A stretch of DNA of 64,000 nucleotides from NCBI GenBank assembly GCA_038845975.1, contig JAWBQF010000007.1, forward strand, positions 30,351 through 94,350. Direction: 5' to 3'. Both the position numbers and the translations under genes were made by a program. The notes beneath the pieces were generated by a model. The model was not told the origin of the DNA, did not search any database, and saw nothing but the letters and a program-made list of their open reading frames with translations. The stretch's first letter is position 1, and the number at the start of each line of letters is the position of its first letter. Positions 21,373 to 33,004 of this stretch are shown here, in pieces. Source of the DNA: Candidatus Methanomethylicia archaeon. GTDB lineage: Archaea > Thermoproteota > Methanomethylicia > CALHIW01.

Positions 21373-21771
21373 GTGTTAGGTATGTTTCAATGTATTAAAT
21401 GTGGAAGATGCTGTGAGAATACTGAAATGATCTTGTTAAGGGAGGATATTGAACGTATAGCTTCATTAGGATTTAAAACTGAAGACTTTGTAGTTTATAA
21501 TAAAGGTTTCCATAGACTTAAAAACATTAATGGTAAATGTGTATTTCTAAATCCTAAAACAAGACTATGTAGTATTTATGATTGGAGACCTAAAGGCTGT
21601 AAACTCTACCCTATAATATATGTTGTTAGAAGCTGCTTTGAAGAAATAACTGTAGATAACAATTGTCCACAAGCACATACAGTTGACAATAATGATGTTA
21701 AATTGGCTGCCCCTCAAATAGCTGATTTAGTATCTAGTATTTTGAGAGAAAGAATATGTTATAGATCTTAA
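21373..21771 (+). CDS. YkgJ-family CxxCxxCC cysteine-cluster protein
   Basis: CIKCGRCC, CVFL, CSIY..RP.GC..YP; probable ATG at 21382. Confidence 0.9.
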   Translation: MLGMFQCIKCGRCCENTEMILLREDIERIASLGFKTEDFVVYNKGFHRLKNINGKCVFLNPKTRLCSIYDWRPKGCKLYPIIYVVRSCFEEITVDNNCPQAHTVDNNDVKLAAPQIADLVSSILRERICYRS

Positions 21772-22491
21772 ATCCCTATAAAAAATTGTTAGTATTTTAA
21801 ATAAGTTTTCATATTATTATTTCACTTAGTTAGATTAGGTATTTGCATACCTTTAGATTGAATCCTCATCCCTGAAGAATTTTCAACCCTTACCTCATAA
21901 GTCTTACTATTAATTAAGTTTAAATAACATGACCAAACTTAGCTAACCCTGATGCCAATTCGATCCTTATATGCTAAAACTTCAATCGCTCTTAACAATA
22001 ATCTACATTCATCCTCAAAATATAGTTTAATTGAATAATATCCTTCACCCACTTTAAACTTAGGCTATAAATTTCCTATTAGCTACGTGTTGTTCTAGGC
22101 TTAATAAGTCTATAACTTAAACTTTTAACTTCATTACTGAGCTTAGCTTATAACTGTACTCCTTTTCAAGCTTGATCCTTAATATCTTAACAGTTTGGAT
22201 GTTATACCCTAATTCTTTAAGGCTTTTCCTAATAAGCCTTAAAATTATTTATTGTTTCTTCTCTTTTAGTTTGCCCGATATTCCGTTTGAAAATAAGTAG
22301 TGTATGTACTGGTTTAAGTATTTTCCTATTCCCTATGTTAAGCTTTGAACTGCAATGGAGGAAGTTACTACGTCAAGCGCCCCTTTATTTGCTGTTGAGT
22401 TGGTTCTAGGACTATAGTTTTCTATGTTTATAGTTCCCTCATATAGTAAGAATTCACCTCTGTAAAGCTAGATAATTTTCCATAGTGGTAT

Positions 22492-23135
22492 TCATCTCAA
22501 AATCACCTTCTGTCCTGTTACGATGTAGATTATTGATTCACAAATATAGGTTGCATGATCAGCTATTCTCTCAAGATATCTTACTATTAAAATACTGGAA
22601 ACTGCACATTTTATCGTAATATTTGCTTTTTCTATTAGTTTATCGAGGAAATCAAAATACATTTCATCTACTTCCTTCTCCATTTGAGCTACCTTCTCAG
22701 CAAGTTGCGAGTCATGAGTTCTAAGAGATGTTATGCTTAAACTAATCATTTTTAATGCTTTTTCACCCATTTCTTTAATATGCGAAATTACCCATGTCTC
22801 ACAATTTCTTACCCGTCTAATTTTTGATTTGCATAAGACATATCGAGAGCATATCTTCCAAATCGGACAAAGTCATAGGCGATCTTCATATAAGACTTAA
22901 TAGTTCTCAGATCTGAGGCTACTGGCTGAAATCTTGCAATGAGTTCAAATGCTTTATCTTCAATATTGTCCGCCATTAAAACAAGAGCATCTGCCATTTT
23001 GCGAACCTCATTATAGGCTTGTCTGTTTTGGATACATTCACTAATGGCAGATAAAACAATGCGATACGCCAGCTCTCCCATCTTATGTAGGGTTACTGAA
23101 AGTTCTTCAAGACCGGAGTCTATAATTCTACTCAT
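22492..23135 (-). pseudogene. phoU: phosphate uptake regulator PhoU, frameshifted
   Basis: ORFs 22809-23147 and 22492-22770 join if one G is restored at ~22812 (..KLDG/VRNCETW..MGEK); QPVASDLR and YLERIADHA motifs. Confidence 0.85.
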
Positions 23136-23143
23136 ATTCTCCC

Positions 23144-23902
23144 TCAACCAAACTCTCCAGTTAAGTATTTTTCCGTAAGTTCATGTTTAGGATTTTCAAA
23201 GATCTGCTTGGTTGGACCATATTCTATTAGCTTACCAAGATAAAGGAAAGCCGTATAATCAGAAACCCTAGCTGCTTGCTGCATATTATGAGTTACAATT
23301 ACAATTGTATAGTTTTCAGCTAGTTTTCTAATGAGTATCTCTATTTTTGCTGTTGCTATTGGGTCGAGAGCTGAGCAAGATTCATCCATTAGCAAAACCT
23401 CTGGCTCGACAGCAAGAGCCCGTGCTATACAAAGTCTCTGTTGTTGTCCACCAGAAAGGCTAGCTCCTGAATTGTTTAATTCATATTTAACCTCATCCCA
23501 AAGATTTGCAAGTTCTAGGCTTCGCCTAACAACTACATCAAGAGTTTTCTTGTCTCTGACACCGTTTAACTTTAGGCCTGCTGCTACATTGTCGTATATG
23601 GACATCATTGGAAACGGATTTGGCTTTTGAAAAACCATACCTATTTTCCTCCTTATCATAACAGGATCAACACCATTATCGTAGATATTCACGCCATTAA
23701 ACAGCACTTTCCCAGAAACTCGAGCACCTGGAGTTGCTTCATGCATTCGGTTAAGACAACGGATAAAAGTTGTTTTACCGCATCCAGAAGGCCCTATGAT
23801 GGCTGTTACTGCTTTTTCCTCAATTTTCATATTAATGTTTTTCAGCACTTGTTTTGAGTTAAACCATGCATTTAAATCCTCTATTTCAAATTTAGGCGCC
23901 AT
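23144..23902 (-). CDS. pstB: phosphate ABC transporter ATPase PstB
   Basis: [33 protein letters not shown]; DESCSALDP replaces the usual DEPCSALDP; ATG overlaps the pstA stop. Confidence 0.93.
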   Translation of the reverse strand: MAPKFEIEDLNAWFNSKQVLKNINMKIEEKAVTAIIGPSGCGKTTFIRCLNRMHEATPGARVSGKVLFNGVNIYDNGVDPVMIRRKIGMVFQKPNPFPMMSIYDNVAAGLKLNGVRDKKTLDVVVRRSLELANLWDEVKYELNNSGASLSGGQQQRLCIARALAVEPEVLLMDESCSALDPIATAKIEILIRKLAENYTIVIVTHNMQQAARVSDYTAFLYLGKLIEYGPTKQIFENPKHELTEKYLTGEFG

Positions 23903-24741
23903 TAATATCTCCCCTTTGTAAGTACTCTTACAGCGATACTTATCCACAGAACAAGCAGTATTAGTAAAAAAGCAGATCCCCAAGCGAGAGCTATCCAATT
24001 TTCGAAAGGCGACATGGCGAAAACAAACACATTTAATGCTAGGTTAGCAACAGGTCTGTCTAGGCCTTCAAACCACCATCGCCAATACCCCATTGTAACA
24101 AGTATGGGAGCTGATTCCCCAGCAATCCTTGCAATGGAAAGCAGAATTCCTGTTGTTACTGCCTTTCTAGCACTTCTTAATACTATTGCGATAACTGTCT
24201 TCCATCTAGGAACGCCTAAAGCAATAGCTGCCTCACGAAGACTTAATGGTACAATTTTCAATGCTTCTTCAGTTGTCCTGGTTATAATAGGGATCATAAT
24301 TATGGCTAATGCAAAGGCCGCTGCAATAACTGAAAAACCAATTGAACGAACAATTAATGCGTAGGCGAAAACTCCAATAACAATAGATGGGATACCGCTC
24401 AAAACATCGCTAAAGAATCTAACTATTAAAGAGAGCTTATACTCGCTATATTCACTTAGGAAAACGCCAGACATTAATCCTATAGGTGTACCGATAATAG
24501 AAGCTAAACTGATAGTTATCAATGTTCCTTGAATAGCGTTTGCAATACCTCCTCCTTTCTCCCCAACAGTTGGTGCTGAGTTGATAAAGAAATCAAGATT
24601 GATAACAAAAACACTTCTTTGAACAACTTCATAGAGTATACTAATTATGGGAATTAACGCTAATGTAAGAGATAGATATACAAGGAAACGTGCGATATAA
24701 TCCTTAATGATTCTGAATTTATAACAATTTATTTTACTCAT
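23902..24741 (-). CDS. pstA: phosphate ABC transporter permease PstA
   Basis: [26 protein letters not shown]. Confidence 0.93.
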   Translation of the reverse strand: MSKINCYKFRIIKDYIARFLVYLSLTLALIPIISILYEVVQRSVFVINLDFFINSAPTVGEKGGGIANAIQGTLITISLASIIGTPIGLMSGVFLSEYSEYKLSLIVRFFSDVLSGIPSIVIGVFAYALIVRSIGFSVIAAAFALAIIMIPIITRTTEEALKIVPLSLREAAIALGVPRWKTVIAIVLRSARKAVTTGILLSIARIAGESAPILVTMGYWRWWFEGLDRPVANLALNVFVFAMSPFENWIALAWGSAFLLILLVLWISIAVRVLTKGRY

Positions 24742-25739
24742 TCTTTCGCTAACCCCCTAACCAGCATAAGCACTCGCCAAACAATCAGCCGAGAAAGAAT
24801 ATTAATCATTAAAGTCACAAATAACAAAACAAGCGCAACATTCATCAATGCGCTTACATAAAGGTCATATGTAGCTTCTAGAAGCTCGTTTGCAATTATA
24901 GCTGACATAGTATACCATGCATCAAAAAGTGAAGATGGCCAAACCTGAAACTTATTTCCAATAACCATTGTTATTGCCATAGTCTCCCCAACAGCTCGTC
25001 CCAATCCTAAAATCACAGCACCTATAATCCCGGAACGTACATAGCTAATCACAATTTTGACTGTTTCCCATTTTGTAGCACCAAGAGCTATTATTGCTTC
25101 TCGTTGAGAATTCGGTACAGCTGAGAACAAATCCCGCATGACAGCGGAAACCGTTGGAATAATCATTATAGCCAAAACTATACCGCCTGTTAGAACACCG
25201 CCACCATAAATAGGTCCTGAAAAAATGGGAATAAATCCAAAAAATGTTTGTAAATATGAATAAACATAATCACGTAAAAATGGTATTAGAATAAATATTC
25301 CCCAAAGTCCATAGATGACACTTGGAACAGCAGCTAAAAGCTCTACTAGAAAGGAAATTGCAAATCCAAATTTTCTAGGCATATATTCTGAAAGCGCTAA
25401 GCCTACTCCAATACTTATTGGCACTCCTATAATAAGCGCAATAGCTGAGGTAACAATTGTTCCAAATATTAGCGGTAAAGCTCCAAAAACTTGGAGTATG
25501 GCTGGATCCCACTTGGTGCCGAAAATAAAGTTTAATCCAAAAGCTTGAATAGATAACCATGATCCATTAATCAACTCGTAAATCATTAAACCAAGAAGTA
25601 AGAGAATGCTGGAAGCAGACAATATGCCTATAAGCTTAAAGATATTATCACCATTAACCTGCCGCTCAAAACGTGAAAAATGTTTTATATCTAATCTATG
25701 AAAAAAAGGTATTTTATAAAAACTTCTCATGTTTATCAC
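24738..25739 (-). CDS. pstC: phosphate ABC transporter permease PstC
   Basis: ELLAAVPSVIYGLWG, REA..ALGAT.WE, GRAVGETMA. Confidence 0.93.
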   Translation of the reverse strand: MINMRSFYKIPFFHRLDIKHFSRFERQVNGDNIFKLIGILSASSILLLLGLMIYELINGSWLSIQAFGLNFIFGTKWDPAILQVFGALPLIFGTIVTSAIALIIGVPISIGVGLALSEYMPRKFGFAISFLVELLAAVPSVIYGLWGIFILIPFLRDYVYSYLQTFFGFIPIFSGPIYGGGVLTGGIVLAIMIIPTVSAVMRDLFSAVPNSQREAIIALGATKWETVKIVISYVRSGIIGAVILGLGRAVGETMAITMVIGNKFQVWPSSLFDAWYTMSAIIANELLEATYDLYVSALMNVALVLLFVTLMINILSRLIVWRVLMLVRGLAKE

Positions 25740-26680
25740 TTATGTAGCTGTTGCCCATTATAAGTTATTAGCTGAATCGTTGCTTCATTATGCATGACAA
25801 TACTTGATGGTAAAGGAACATAGTATAGTTCAGATGCATAGTTTTGTCCATCATGTATTGCCCACCACAAGAATTCAACTAGCGCCCTTGCAGCTGCTTC
25901 ATTCATATTTGGTAGTACATTTAACTCCTTGTATACTAGGATATAAGAGAAGCTTGTTATTGGATAGGCGCCCATAGCCTGTATGTCGCCAGCTAAACTG
26001 TCAACTATTGAAACTTTCGACCAGTTTTCGTCACCTCTCGGCAAGGTAACTACAGCATAATCTGCAGCTTTAGCAAAGGATTCTATGCTTGGCTCTATAA
26101 ATTCACCTGCAGCGTTTTGCATATAGCCGTATGCTAAGTTATTCTTTTTTGCATAGGTGAATTCTACATATCCAATTGAATATGGAGTTTGCTGAACAAG
26201 AGCTGCAACCCCATCATTTCCCTTACCTCCAATACCAACAGGCCAGTTTACTGAAGTTCCCTTCCCAACGTTTTTCCTCCATTCTAAGCTTATGTTTGAT
26301 AAGTAGCTTGTCCAAATGAAAGTTGTTCCACTTCCATCAGATCTATGTACTACGACTATTTTCTGATCTGGAAGACTAACATCAGGATTCGCAGCAGCTA
26401 ATTTTTGATCATTCCATTTCGTAATCTTTCCGAGATAAATATCTGCTAATACTTCTCCAGTAAACTTCAGCCCTTTCGATATGCCTGGAATATTATAGAT
26501 TGGAACAACCCCGCCTATCGTTATTGGTATGTGTAAAGTATTAGGTGCCTTTCTAGCTTGATCCTCTGTAAGTGGTGCATCGCTAGCTGCAAAATACACA
26601 GTCTTTTCGATATGCTGTTGGATACCTCCACCACTTCTAATTCCTTGGTAGTTGATTTTAATGTTAGGTTTAATTTTAAC
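25736..26680 (-). pseudogene. pstS: phosphate-binding protein PstS, 5'-truncated
   Basis: PstS similarity (INYQ..SGGG, FAASDAPL, HRSDGSGTT, IGYVE) begins at ~26680; anchor and GAGATFP segment absent; the ORF-track extension to 26989 is antisense to the neighbour. Confidence 0.85.
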
Positions 26681-27557
26681 TCCTAAGGAAATGGCTAAAC
26701 CCTCATCCCAATCCGTTGAGGCAACCATAATAATTTCAAGCAAAGACAGCTCTGACACAATAGTAAGAAAAATAATCTCCCTATATTTAGTGGGGTATAA
26801 CTTCATTACTGTAAAGACAAAAGATGAGCGTATAAGTACTCTACAAAGAAACACTATAAGAGAATTAGTGAGAAGGAAACTTGTAGGAACAGAAATCATA
26901 TCTGAAACTTCAAATGAAATTAAACTACAAACATTGCTAAGCCATCCAGAGTTATCAATTGAAAATGCTTTAAGACGCATGAGCCTCATTACAGTATCAA
27001 TGCATGACGATGCTTTACAAGCATTAAAAAATTTAGATAAAAGACTAGCTACAGAAGTAATACAACTTGATGACGAAGTAGACCGTTTCAGTTTCTATAT
27101 AGTGCGACAACTAAAGACGGCTATTCAAAATGAAAGAATCCTTAAAGATATCAAGCTTCCTAATCCACGAGAATGTTTAGGATATAGAGTAATTGTTAAG
27201 TTTGTTGAAAGAATAGCTGATCATGCAGCAAGAATCGCCGAATATATCCTAGCACTAGAAGAAAAACCAAGTGAATCTGTCTTTCAAAAAATCTATGAAA
27301 TAAGCATTTTCGCTAGAACAGCATTTGAGGATGCCATAAAGTCATTATTTAAAAAAGATTACATGCTAGCTGACCAAGTGATTTCAAAAGTAAAAACAAT
27401 ACTGCCTATTGAAAATGAAATAATAAAGGAGATTCAATCTAAAATCAAGCAAACAGATGCTCTCAACATGAGGATGATGATAGAAAGCATACGAAGAATA
27501 GCCGAGTATGCAAGCGACATCGCAGAAATAGTCCTAAACTTAAATGTAACCAAATAA
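26670..27557 (+). pseudogene. archaeal AbrB-PhoU-PhoU phosphate regulator, 5'-truncated
   Basis: Starts at LILTPKE (end of the AbrB region); RKIISLYLVGY, DDEVDRF, ERIADHA, RRIAEY; DNA-binding N-terminus missing. Confidence 0.8.
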
Positions 27558-27660
27558 CTACAATTCGGTAAGACTTAGGATATCTAAAAACCATCTAAAT
27601 GAACAAGTATAAGCATTAATAAATAACAAACATGGATACTGCCCTTTCCAATAAATTTAG

Positions 27661-27706
27661 CCATAAATAAAGTGAAAACTCAAATAAAACTAAAGCTCAT
27701 GAAATG
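27661..27706 (-). mobile_element. eroded left end of a type A IS6 element
   Basis: CCATAAATAAAGTGAAAACTCAAATAAAACTAAAG resembles CCATAAATAGGGAGAGAACTCTCAAATAAATCTAAAG at 12057-12093. Confidence 0.45.
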
Positions 27707-27772
27707 CTAAGTATCCAGTAATAATTAAAGTTAAAAATACTTAAACTATAAAGATTTAATAAACTATATGTA

Positions 27773-28894
27773 TTAACCTCTATACTTATACTGCTCCACA
27801 TATGATTCATCTATCTCTACTCCTATTCCTCTTTTATTAATGACTCTTGCCCATCCATCCTCAATAGTTATACAGTTCCTTAATATTCGATCTCTAAACT
27901 CCCATTTCCTGCCATAAACAACGTATTCAGCTATTAATCCATTTGGTGTTGCTGTTAGCATATGGAGACCAGCAGCTAGTCCTACTACTGAATGTAGATG
28001 TGGTGCAAACATCACATCATAGCATTCAGCAAGTGAAGCTACCTTCCTAATTTCAGTTATTCCACCAACATGATTTAAGTCGGGCTGAATTACATCTACA
28101 ATACAGTTCGTTACCACCTCTATAAATTCACTTTTAGTATAGTAGTTTTCACCTATAGCTATTGGTATTTCTGATTTGTTTGCTAGAATTCTTAATGCCT
28201 TAAGATTATATATGTTGATCGGCTCCTCAAGCCAATAGATATTGTAATCCCTCCCCCTCTTTGAAAACATAATTGCTTGGGATAAACTATATCCCTGATT
28301 TGCGTCAGTCATCAGGTCAAAATCATAGCCTATACATTCCCTAATCTCCTTAATTTTCTCTAAATCTTTCTCTACATCAAATCCAACTTTAACTTTTACA
28401 GATTTAAATCCTTGCCTTATAAATTCCTTCAGCTCCTCTACTGTTACCTCACCCATAAAGCTTACATACAGCTTTACCTTATCTCTATACTTCCCGCCAA
28501 GGAGATTGTATAGTGGAGTATCTAGTAGCTGACCGACTATATCCCATAGTGCCATGTCTATCGCTGATACAGCACTAGTAATCGCTCCCTTTGTACTTAA
28601 TGCAAATGCACTTGACCCTTTACCAATCATTTTTATCCATAACTTCTCCCTATCAAGCGGATTCTCCCCGACTATCTGCCCTTCAAGTTTCTTCTTAATT
28701 ATTGCTTCAAAAATCGGCATCTCCCTACCATGAAGTGGGGAAATTTCACCTATTCCAATCAATCCGTTACTTGTTATTACTCTTACTAATACGCAGTTAA
28801 ACTCACTCCATTTAGCTGTAGCATCAAATGCTTCCTCTTTTAATGGGTAAGATATTGGAATAACATCTATGCTTGAAATCTTCATGTTCATCAA
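27773..28894 (-). CDS. mandelate racemase/muconate lactonizing enzyme family (enolase superfamily)
   Basis: SAIDMALWD, KVK, DANQ, WLEEP, GE, QPD, APH. Confidence 0.92.
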   Translation of the reverse strand: MMNMKISSIDVIPISYPLKEEAFDATAKWSEFNCVLVRVITSNGLIGIGEISPLHGREMPIFEAIIKKKLEGQIVGENPLDREKLWIKMIGKGSSAFALSTKGAITSAVSAIDMALWDIVGQLLDTPLYNLLGGKYRDKVKLYVSFMGEVTVEELKEFIRQGFKSVKVKVGFDVEKDLEKIKEIRECIGYDFDLMTDANQGYSLSQAIMFSKRGRDYNIYWLEEPINIYNLKALRILANKSEIPIAIGENYYTKSEFIEVVTNCIVDVIQPDLNHVGGITEIRKVASLAECYDVMFAPHLHSVVGLAAGLHMLTATPNGLIAEYVVYGRKWEFRDRILRNCITIEDGWARVINKRGIGVEIDESYVEQYKYRG

Positions 28895-29005
28895 TTCAAA
28901 TAGTAATCTAACTTAATAAGTTTTTTGTAGCATGCTAACTTTATCAACAATTTAATCAATCTTCAATATTACGATACATTAAATAAGGGGATAAATTCTA
29001 GTTAA

Positions 29006-29587
29006 TTGGTGTTGTTATTGAATGATTTATGCTTTATTGACGTTGAAAGTACTGGTTTAGATGCTGAAAGCAGCTTTATTGTAGGCTACGGCTTAATGAG
29101 GCTTGACGGATCCTGGACTCATAGCTTTGCTAAAACAGTAAATGATGAACCAAATATAATAGTTAACCTTCTAAACAATATTAGAGATTATGAATGTATA
29201 GTTACATGGTATGGTTTAGGATTTGATATCCCAATAGTAACTGCTAGAGCAGTTAAGAACGGTATTGATCCAAGCCCAATATTAACCATAAACCATATAG
29301 ATTTGTTCATTGTATTTAAAACATTATTTAGACTTAGCAAGTATGATCTTGATAGTGTATGTAAGTTTCTAGGAATACCTAAACGTGTAGAACTTAAAGG
29401 AAGCGATATGCCTCCTCTATATTTTAAGGCTTTAAGCGGTGATTCTGAAGCCCTAAAACTAATAGAGGAGCACTGCTATGATGATCTTCAAGGTCTTAGA
29501 AACATATATTTAAAAGTTGAGAGTATTATTAATAAGGTTATTAAGGGATGTATTGATCTATCTAAATGGCAGCTTTCATTTAAATAG
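29006..29587 (+). CDS. RNase H-like DEDD exonuclease domain protein (YprB-like)
   Basis: FIDVESTGL, TWYG..FD.P, HIDL, HC.DDL. Confidence 0.85.
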   Translation: MVLLLNDLCFIDVESTGLDAESSFIVGYGLMRLDGSWTHSFAKTVNDEPNIIVNLLNNIRDYECIVTWYGLGFDIPIVTARAVKNGIDPSPILTINHIDLFIVFKTLFRLSKYDLDSVCKFLGIPKRVELKGSDMPPLYFKALSGDSEALKLIEEHCYDDLQGLRNIYLKVESIINKVIKGCIDLSKWQLSFK

Positions 29588-30340
29588 CCATTTTTCTTTA
29601 TCCATATTAAGTTTTTCTGCAGTATGATTGTTCTCAATCTTAATCTTTAATCCCTTCACTATAGCAACTGGAATTTTCTCCTGTGCTTGACCCATAACTA
29701 GCTCTGCTGCTGAAGCAATTTCATCAGCTAAGGCTATATTTTTAATATGTAGTGTGTAGCCAGCTAGATCCTTCATTCCTCTATAATCTTTAAATGGGTT
29801 TATACCGGATAAGCCTATAGCAACATTTATTTGCCCATTTCTTAGAGGTCTTCCGTAAGTATCAGAAATAACTACAGCAACATTTCTACCTGTAAGTACC
29901 TTTATCTTCCTCCTTATTTTTTCAGCTGAAACATCAGGATTTATGGGTAGTAGAGTAACGATGTTTTCTAATCCTGAAACATTAGATCTATCAATACCTG
30001 CATTAGCACATGTAATACCATGTCTAGTTATAGTTATCAAATGTCCAGGGGATGCTTTCACAACCTCTCTAGACTCCATTAGAACAGCCTCAATAAACCT
30101 AGCATCTTTACCAGTAACTTCAGAAAGTTTCAATGCTTCATCTGATGGCCTTAAACTATTAATATCAAGAATTCTTCCTTCAGCTTTTGAAACTATTTTC
30201 TGAGCAACTACAATAACATCTCCATCATCAATATTAATCCCCTCCTGAATGCATGATTTAACAATTAAGTCTGCAATATCGTCTCCGGGCTTTATATTAG
30301 GTATTGTTTCAAGACCGATTATTCTTAACGCCCTCGCCAT
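29576..30340 (-). CDS. cofE: coenzyme F420-0:L-glutamate ligase CofE
   Basis: QKIVSKAEGR, ANAGIDRSN, LLP.NPD.SA, SDT.GRP.R.G, ADEIASAA.LVMG. Confidence 0.95.
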   Translation of the reverse strand: MARALRIIGLETIPNIKPGDDIADLIVKSCIQEGINIDDGDVIVVAQKIVSKAEGRILDINSLRPSDEALKLSEVTGKDARFIEAVLMESREVVKASPGHLITITRHGITCANAGIDRSNVSGLENIVTLLPINPDVSAEKIRRKIKVLTGRNVAVVISDTYGRPLRNGQINVAIGLSGINPFKDYRGMKDLAGYTLHIKNIALADEIASAAELVMGQAQEKIPVAIVKGLKIKIENNHTAEKLNMDKEKWLFK

Positions 30341-30408
30341 AATCTCAACACTAATAGCTAAACTACTAAAATATAAATTAAACCACTATAATTAAACTGT
30401 GGCTCATC

Positions 30409-31398
30409 ATGGCTAAGAGAGCTATCGCTTCAGCTCCAGGTAAGACTATACTTTTCGGCGAGCACTTTGTAGTTTACGGTTCCCCCTCTATTGTAATGGC
30501 TATTAGTAGGAGAGTTTATGTAGCTGTTGAGAAATATGAGGCTGAGGAGGTTATTGTAGAATCTGATTTAGGATATACAGGCTTATTTACTGGAGACATA
30601 TATAAACCTTTGATTGGAGGGCTAGACGGTGAATTTATTCTTAAGCCAATATATATTGCGGCTATTAAAACTCTTAAGTTTTTAAGTATTAATAGCGGTT
30701 TGAAAATATCTATCAACTCTGAAATTCCTATTGCCTCTGGCTTAGGTTCATCGGCTTCAACTTTTGTTGCTACGATCGCAGCTACTGCTCATCTATTTGG
30801 TTATAGTTTAAACTATAGAGAGCTATTCAATCTTTCACTTGAAGCTGAAGAATATGTTCATGGAACACCCTCAGGAGTTGATCAAACAATAGCTATTAAT
30901 GGAGGTCTAGTAGAGTATAATAGGTTTTCAGGTTTTGAAAAAATAAAATCATCAGTAGATATCCCACTTATTATAGGTAATACAGGTATTCTAAGAAGTA
31001 CTGGCAAACTAGTAGCTAAGGTTCGAAAGTTTGCTGAGGAAAACCCTAATACCATGGAGTCCCTCCTTCTCCAGATTGGAGAGATAGTTGGTGAAGCTAA
31101 AAACCTTCTTGTAAAGGGTGATTTGGAGGGTTTAGGGCTACTTATGGACAGAAACCAGGAGCTTTTAAGAATTATCGGTGTATCACATGAAAAACTTGAA
31201 GAGCTTATATTAACAGCTAAGAGAGCTGGAGCTCTTGGAGCAAAGCTTACAGGTGCAGGAGGCGGTGGATGTATGATTGCTCTAGTAACAGATAAAGTAA
31301 GAAGTAGTGTTGCTAAAGCTATAGAAGATGCTGGAGGAAAATCACTACCAGCAAATATATCTATTAGTGGGGTTGAAGTTAAGCTATATAATAACTAG
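30409..31398 (+). CDS. mvk: mevalonate kinase
   Basis: APGK.ILFGEHFVVYG, PIASGLGSSA, HGTPSGVD, KLTGAGGGGC. Confidence 0.95.
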   Translation: MAKRAIASAPGKTILFGEHFVVYGSPSIVMAISRRVYVAVEKYEAEEVIVESDLGYTGLFTGDIYKPLIGGLDGEFILKPIYIAAIKTLKFLSINSGLKISINSEIPIASGLGSSASTFVATIAATAHLFGYSLNYRELFNLSLEAEEYVHGTPSGVDQTIAINGGLVEYNRFSGFEKIKSSVDIPLIIGNTGILRSTGKLVAKVRKFAEENPNTMESLLLQIGEIVGEAKNLLVKGDLEGLGLLMDRNQELLRIIGVSHEKLEELILTAKRAGALGAKLTGAGGGGCMIALVTDKVRSSVAKAIEDAGGKSLPANISISGVEVKLYNN

Positions 31399-31650
31399 AT
31401 TCTATAATTCTATTTCAGCCTAGATTTTCACCATATCTATAATGATTTACATAAAACTCACAAAAGTCTCTACAGCCTAAACTGTAAGATAGATAATGCT
31501 GTTAACAGATTCTGATACTTAGAAATAAGGAAGCTACAATATGTTAAGTTGTCACGTTCTAGGCCATTACAGTAAACTTAAAATAGCAATAGTTAGATAT
31601 TTATATATAGAGCAAACTATTAACTAATTGGGTTACACTTACATCCTTCA

Positions 31651-32073
31651 TTGTGGTCGAATATGGTTGAAATTGAGGTAATATCATCTATAGATAGGTT
31701 TAGATACTTTATTATATTAAGTACCTGTAGATCATTTATTCCCAAAGAATATTTTAAGATGCGTGACGTTTTTCCTGAAAGAGATAGAGCTCATGGACTT
31801 ATCTATGTTGAAGCTGCAGATAAGGTGACTTTAAGTAAGGTACGTGAAGTATCATTTGTAAAGGTTAGTGATGTTCTTGGAGTTATTTACGAGTCTAAAA
31901 GCGGTAGTACTAAGCTTAAATGGCGTAGGATAACTGGTATTAAAGGTAAAGTAACTGGAATTGCTTCAATAAATGCTATAGTTAATCTTAGTATTGCAGG
32001 AATAATAACTGCTAATGATGCTAAAAAACTTGTTAAATCTAGGGAAATAGAATCCTTGAAACTTCTTCAATAG
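31651..32073 (+). CDS. hypothetical protein
   Basis: 140-aa basic ORF with upstream TTTATATA; 3' end overlaps the convergent ATPase gene by 35 bp. Confidence 0.6.
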   Translation: MWSNMVEIEVISSIDRFRYFIILSTCRSFIPKEYFKMRDVFPERDRAHGLIYVEAADKVTLSKVREVSFVKVSDVLGVIYESKSGSTKLKWRRITGIKGKVTGIASINAIVNLSIAGIITANDAKKLVKSREIESLKLLQ

Positions 32074-33004
32074 CTTCTAGACCCTTAACTTCCTCAGGAA
32101 GCTGAGGAACTATTGTTATTCCAATATCTCTAAATTTCTCCTCAAGTATTTTCAAATATTTCCTTTGCATTTCAAATCTTTTCTTATGGAAACTACATCT
32201 ACACATTTCTTCAAGAGAAACATAGTTAATAACTATTTTACCTATTCTTAATCCAAATGTTTTAAGCTCTTTAACTATACGTTCAGTTTGCTTAACTCCA
32301 AGTGCTTCAGCAATTGTAACTATAATTACATGTGTTTTATCATTTCTTAACATGTCCAGAACTTCCTGTGCAAGCTTCTCCCAGCTTGAAATGATTTCAA
32401 GAGGATCTCTCTTAACTCTACCCTTTACAAGTACATCTAACGCTTTACGGACTCTAATATATAGCCTAGCAGCTTCGCCTAAGTGTCTATAGAACCTATC
32501 TTGAAGATTTATTAGGGAAATTGTTCCACCAGCTGGAGCTGTATCCCATACAATAATATCGTATCTCCCGTTTTTATAGAAGTCAAGAACATAGCTTAAT
32601 GCAAATTCCTCATCAATACCTGGAGCGCCAGCAACATAATCAATAATTTCTCTATCAACAGGTAGAAACGATGATACCACCTCATATACTTCACTTCCAA
32701 ACTTCTCTATCCACTTTCTAACCACAAGATCATAATCAAGCTCAACAGCTTCAAAACTATTAAATCCGGGGATGCGTGTAACCTCTCCTTTAACATTTAC
32801 TTCAAGAATATCTGATAGTGATGGTGTAGGATCGGTTGATAATAGTAATGTTTTAAATCCTTTCTTTGCAAAATGTAATGCTGTAGCAGAAGCACATGTT
32901 GTTTTACCAACTCCACCCTTACCACAGAACATAACTATTCTTGGTTTTTCAATGTTAAGATAGCTAAGCCCCTCCATACAGATGCAAGTAAACACGTTAT
33001 TCAA
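32039..33004 (-). CDS. ArsA/Get3(TRC40)-family ATPase, single domain
   Basis: GKGGVGKTT, STDP, PG.DE, DTAP; probable start 32977. Confidence 0.92.
   Translation of the reverse strand: MNNVFTCICMEGLSYLNIEKPRIVMFCGKGGVGKTTCASATALHFAKKGFKTLLLSTDPTPSLSDILEVNVKGEVTRIPGFNSFEAVELDYDLVVRKWIEKFGSEVYEVVSSFLPVDREIIDYVAGAPGIDEEFALSYVLDFYKNGRYDIIVWDTAPAGGTISLINLQDRFYRHLGEAARLYIRVRKALDVLVKGRVKRDPLEIISSWEKLAQEVLDMLRNDKTHVIIVTIAEALGVKQTERIVKELKTFGLRIGKIVINYVSLEEMCRCSFHKKRFEMQRKYLKILEEKFRDIGITIVPQLPEEVKGLEAIEEVSRILFP

Noticed and set aside
21850-22480. Fragmented minus-strand reading frames next to the pst locus
   Set aside because: Looks like eroded coding DNA but no family could be recognised
26652-26989. 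Genuine 338-bp antiparallel gene overlap
   Set aside because: Explained by a deletion joining two 5'-truncated divergent genes
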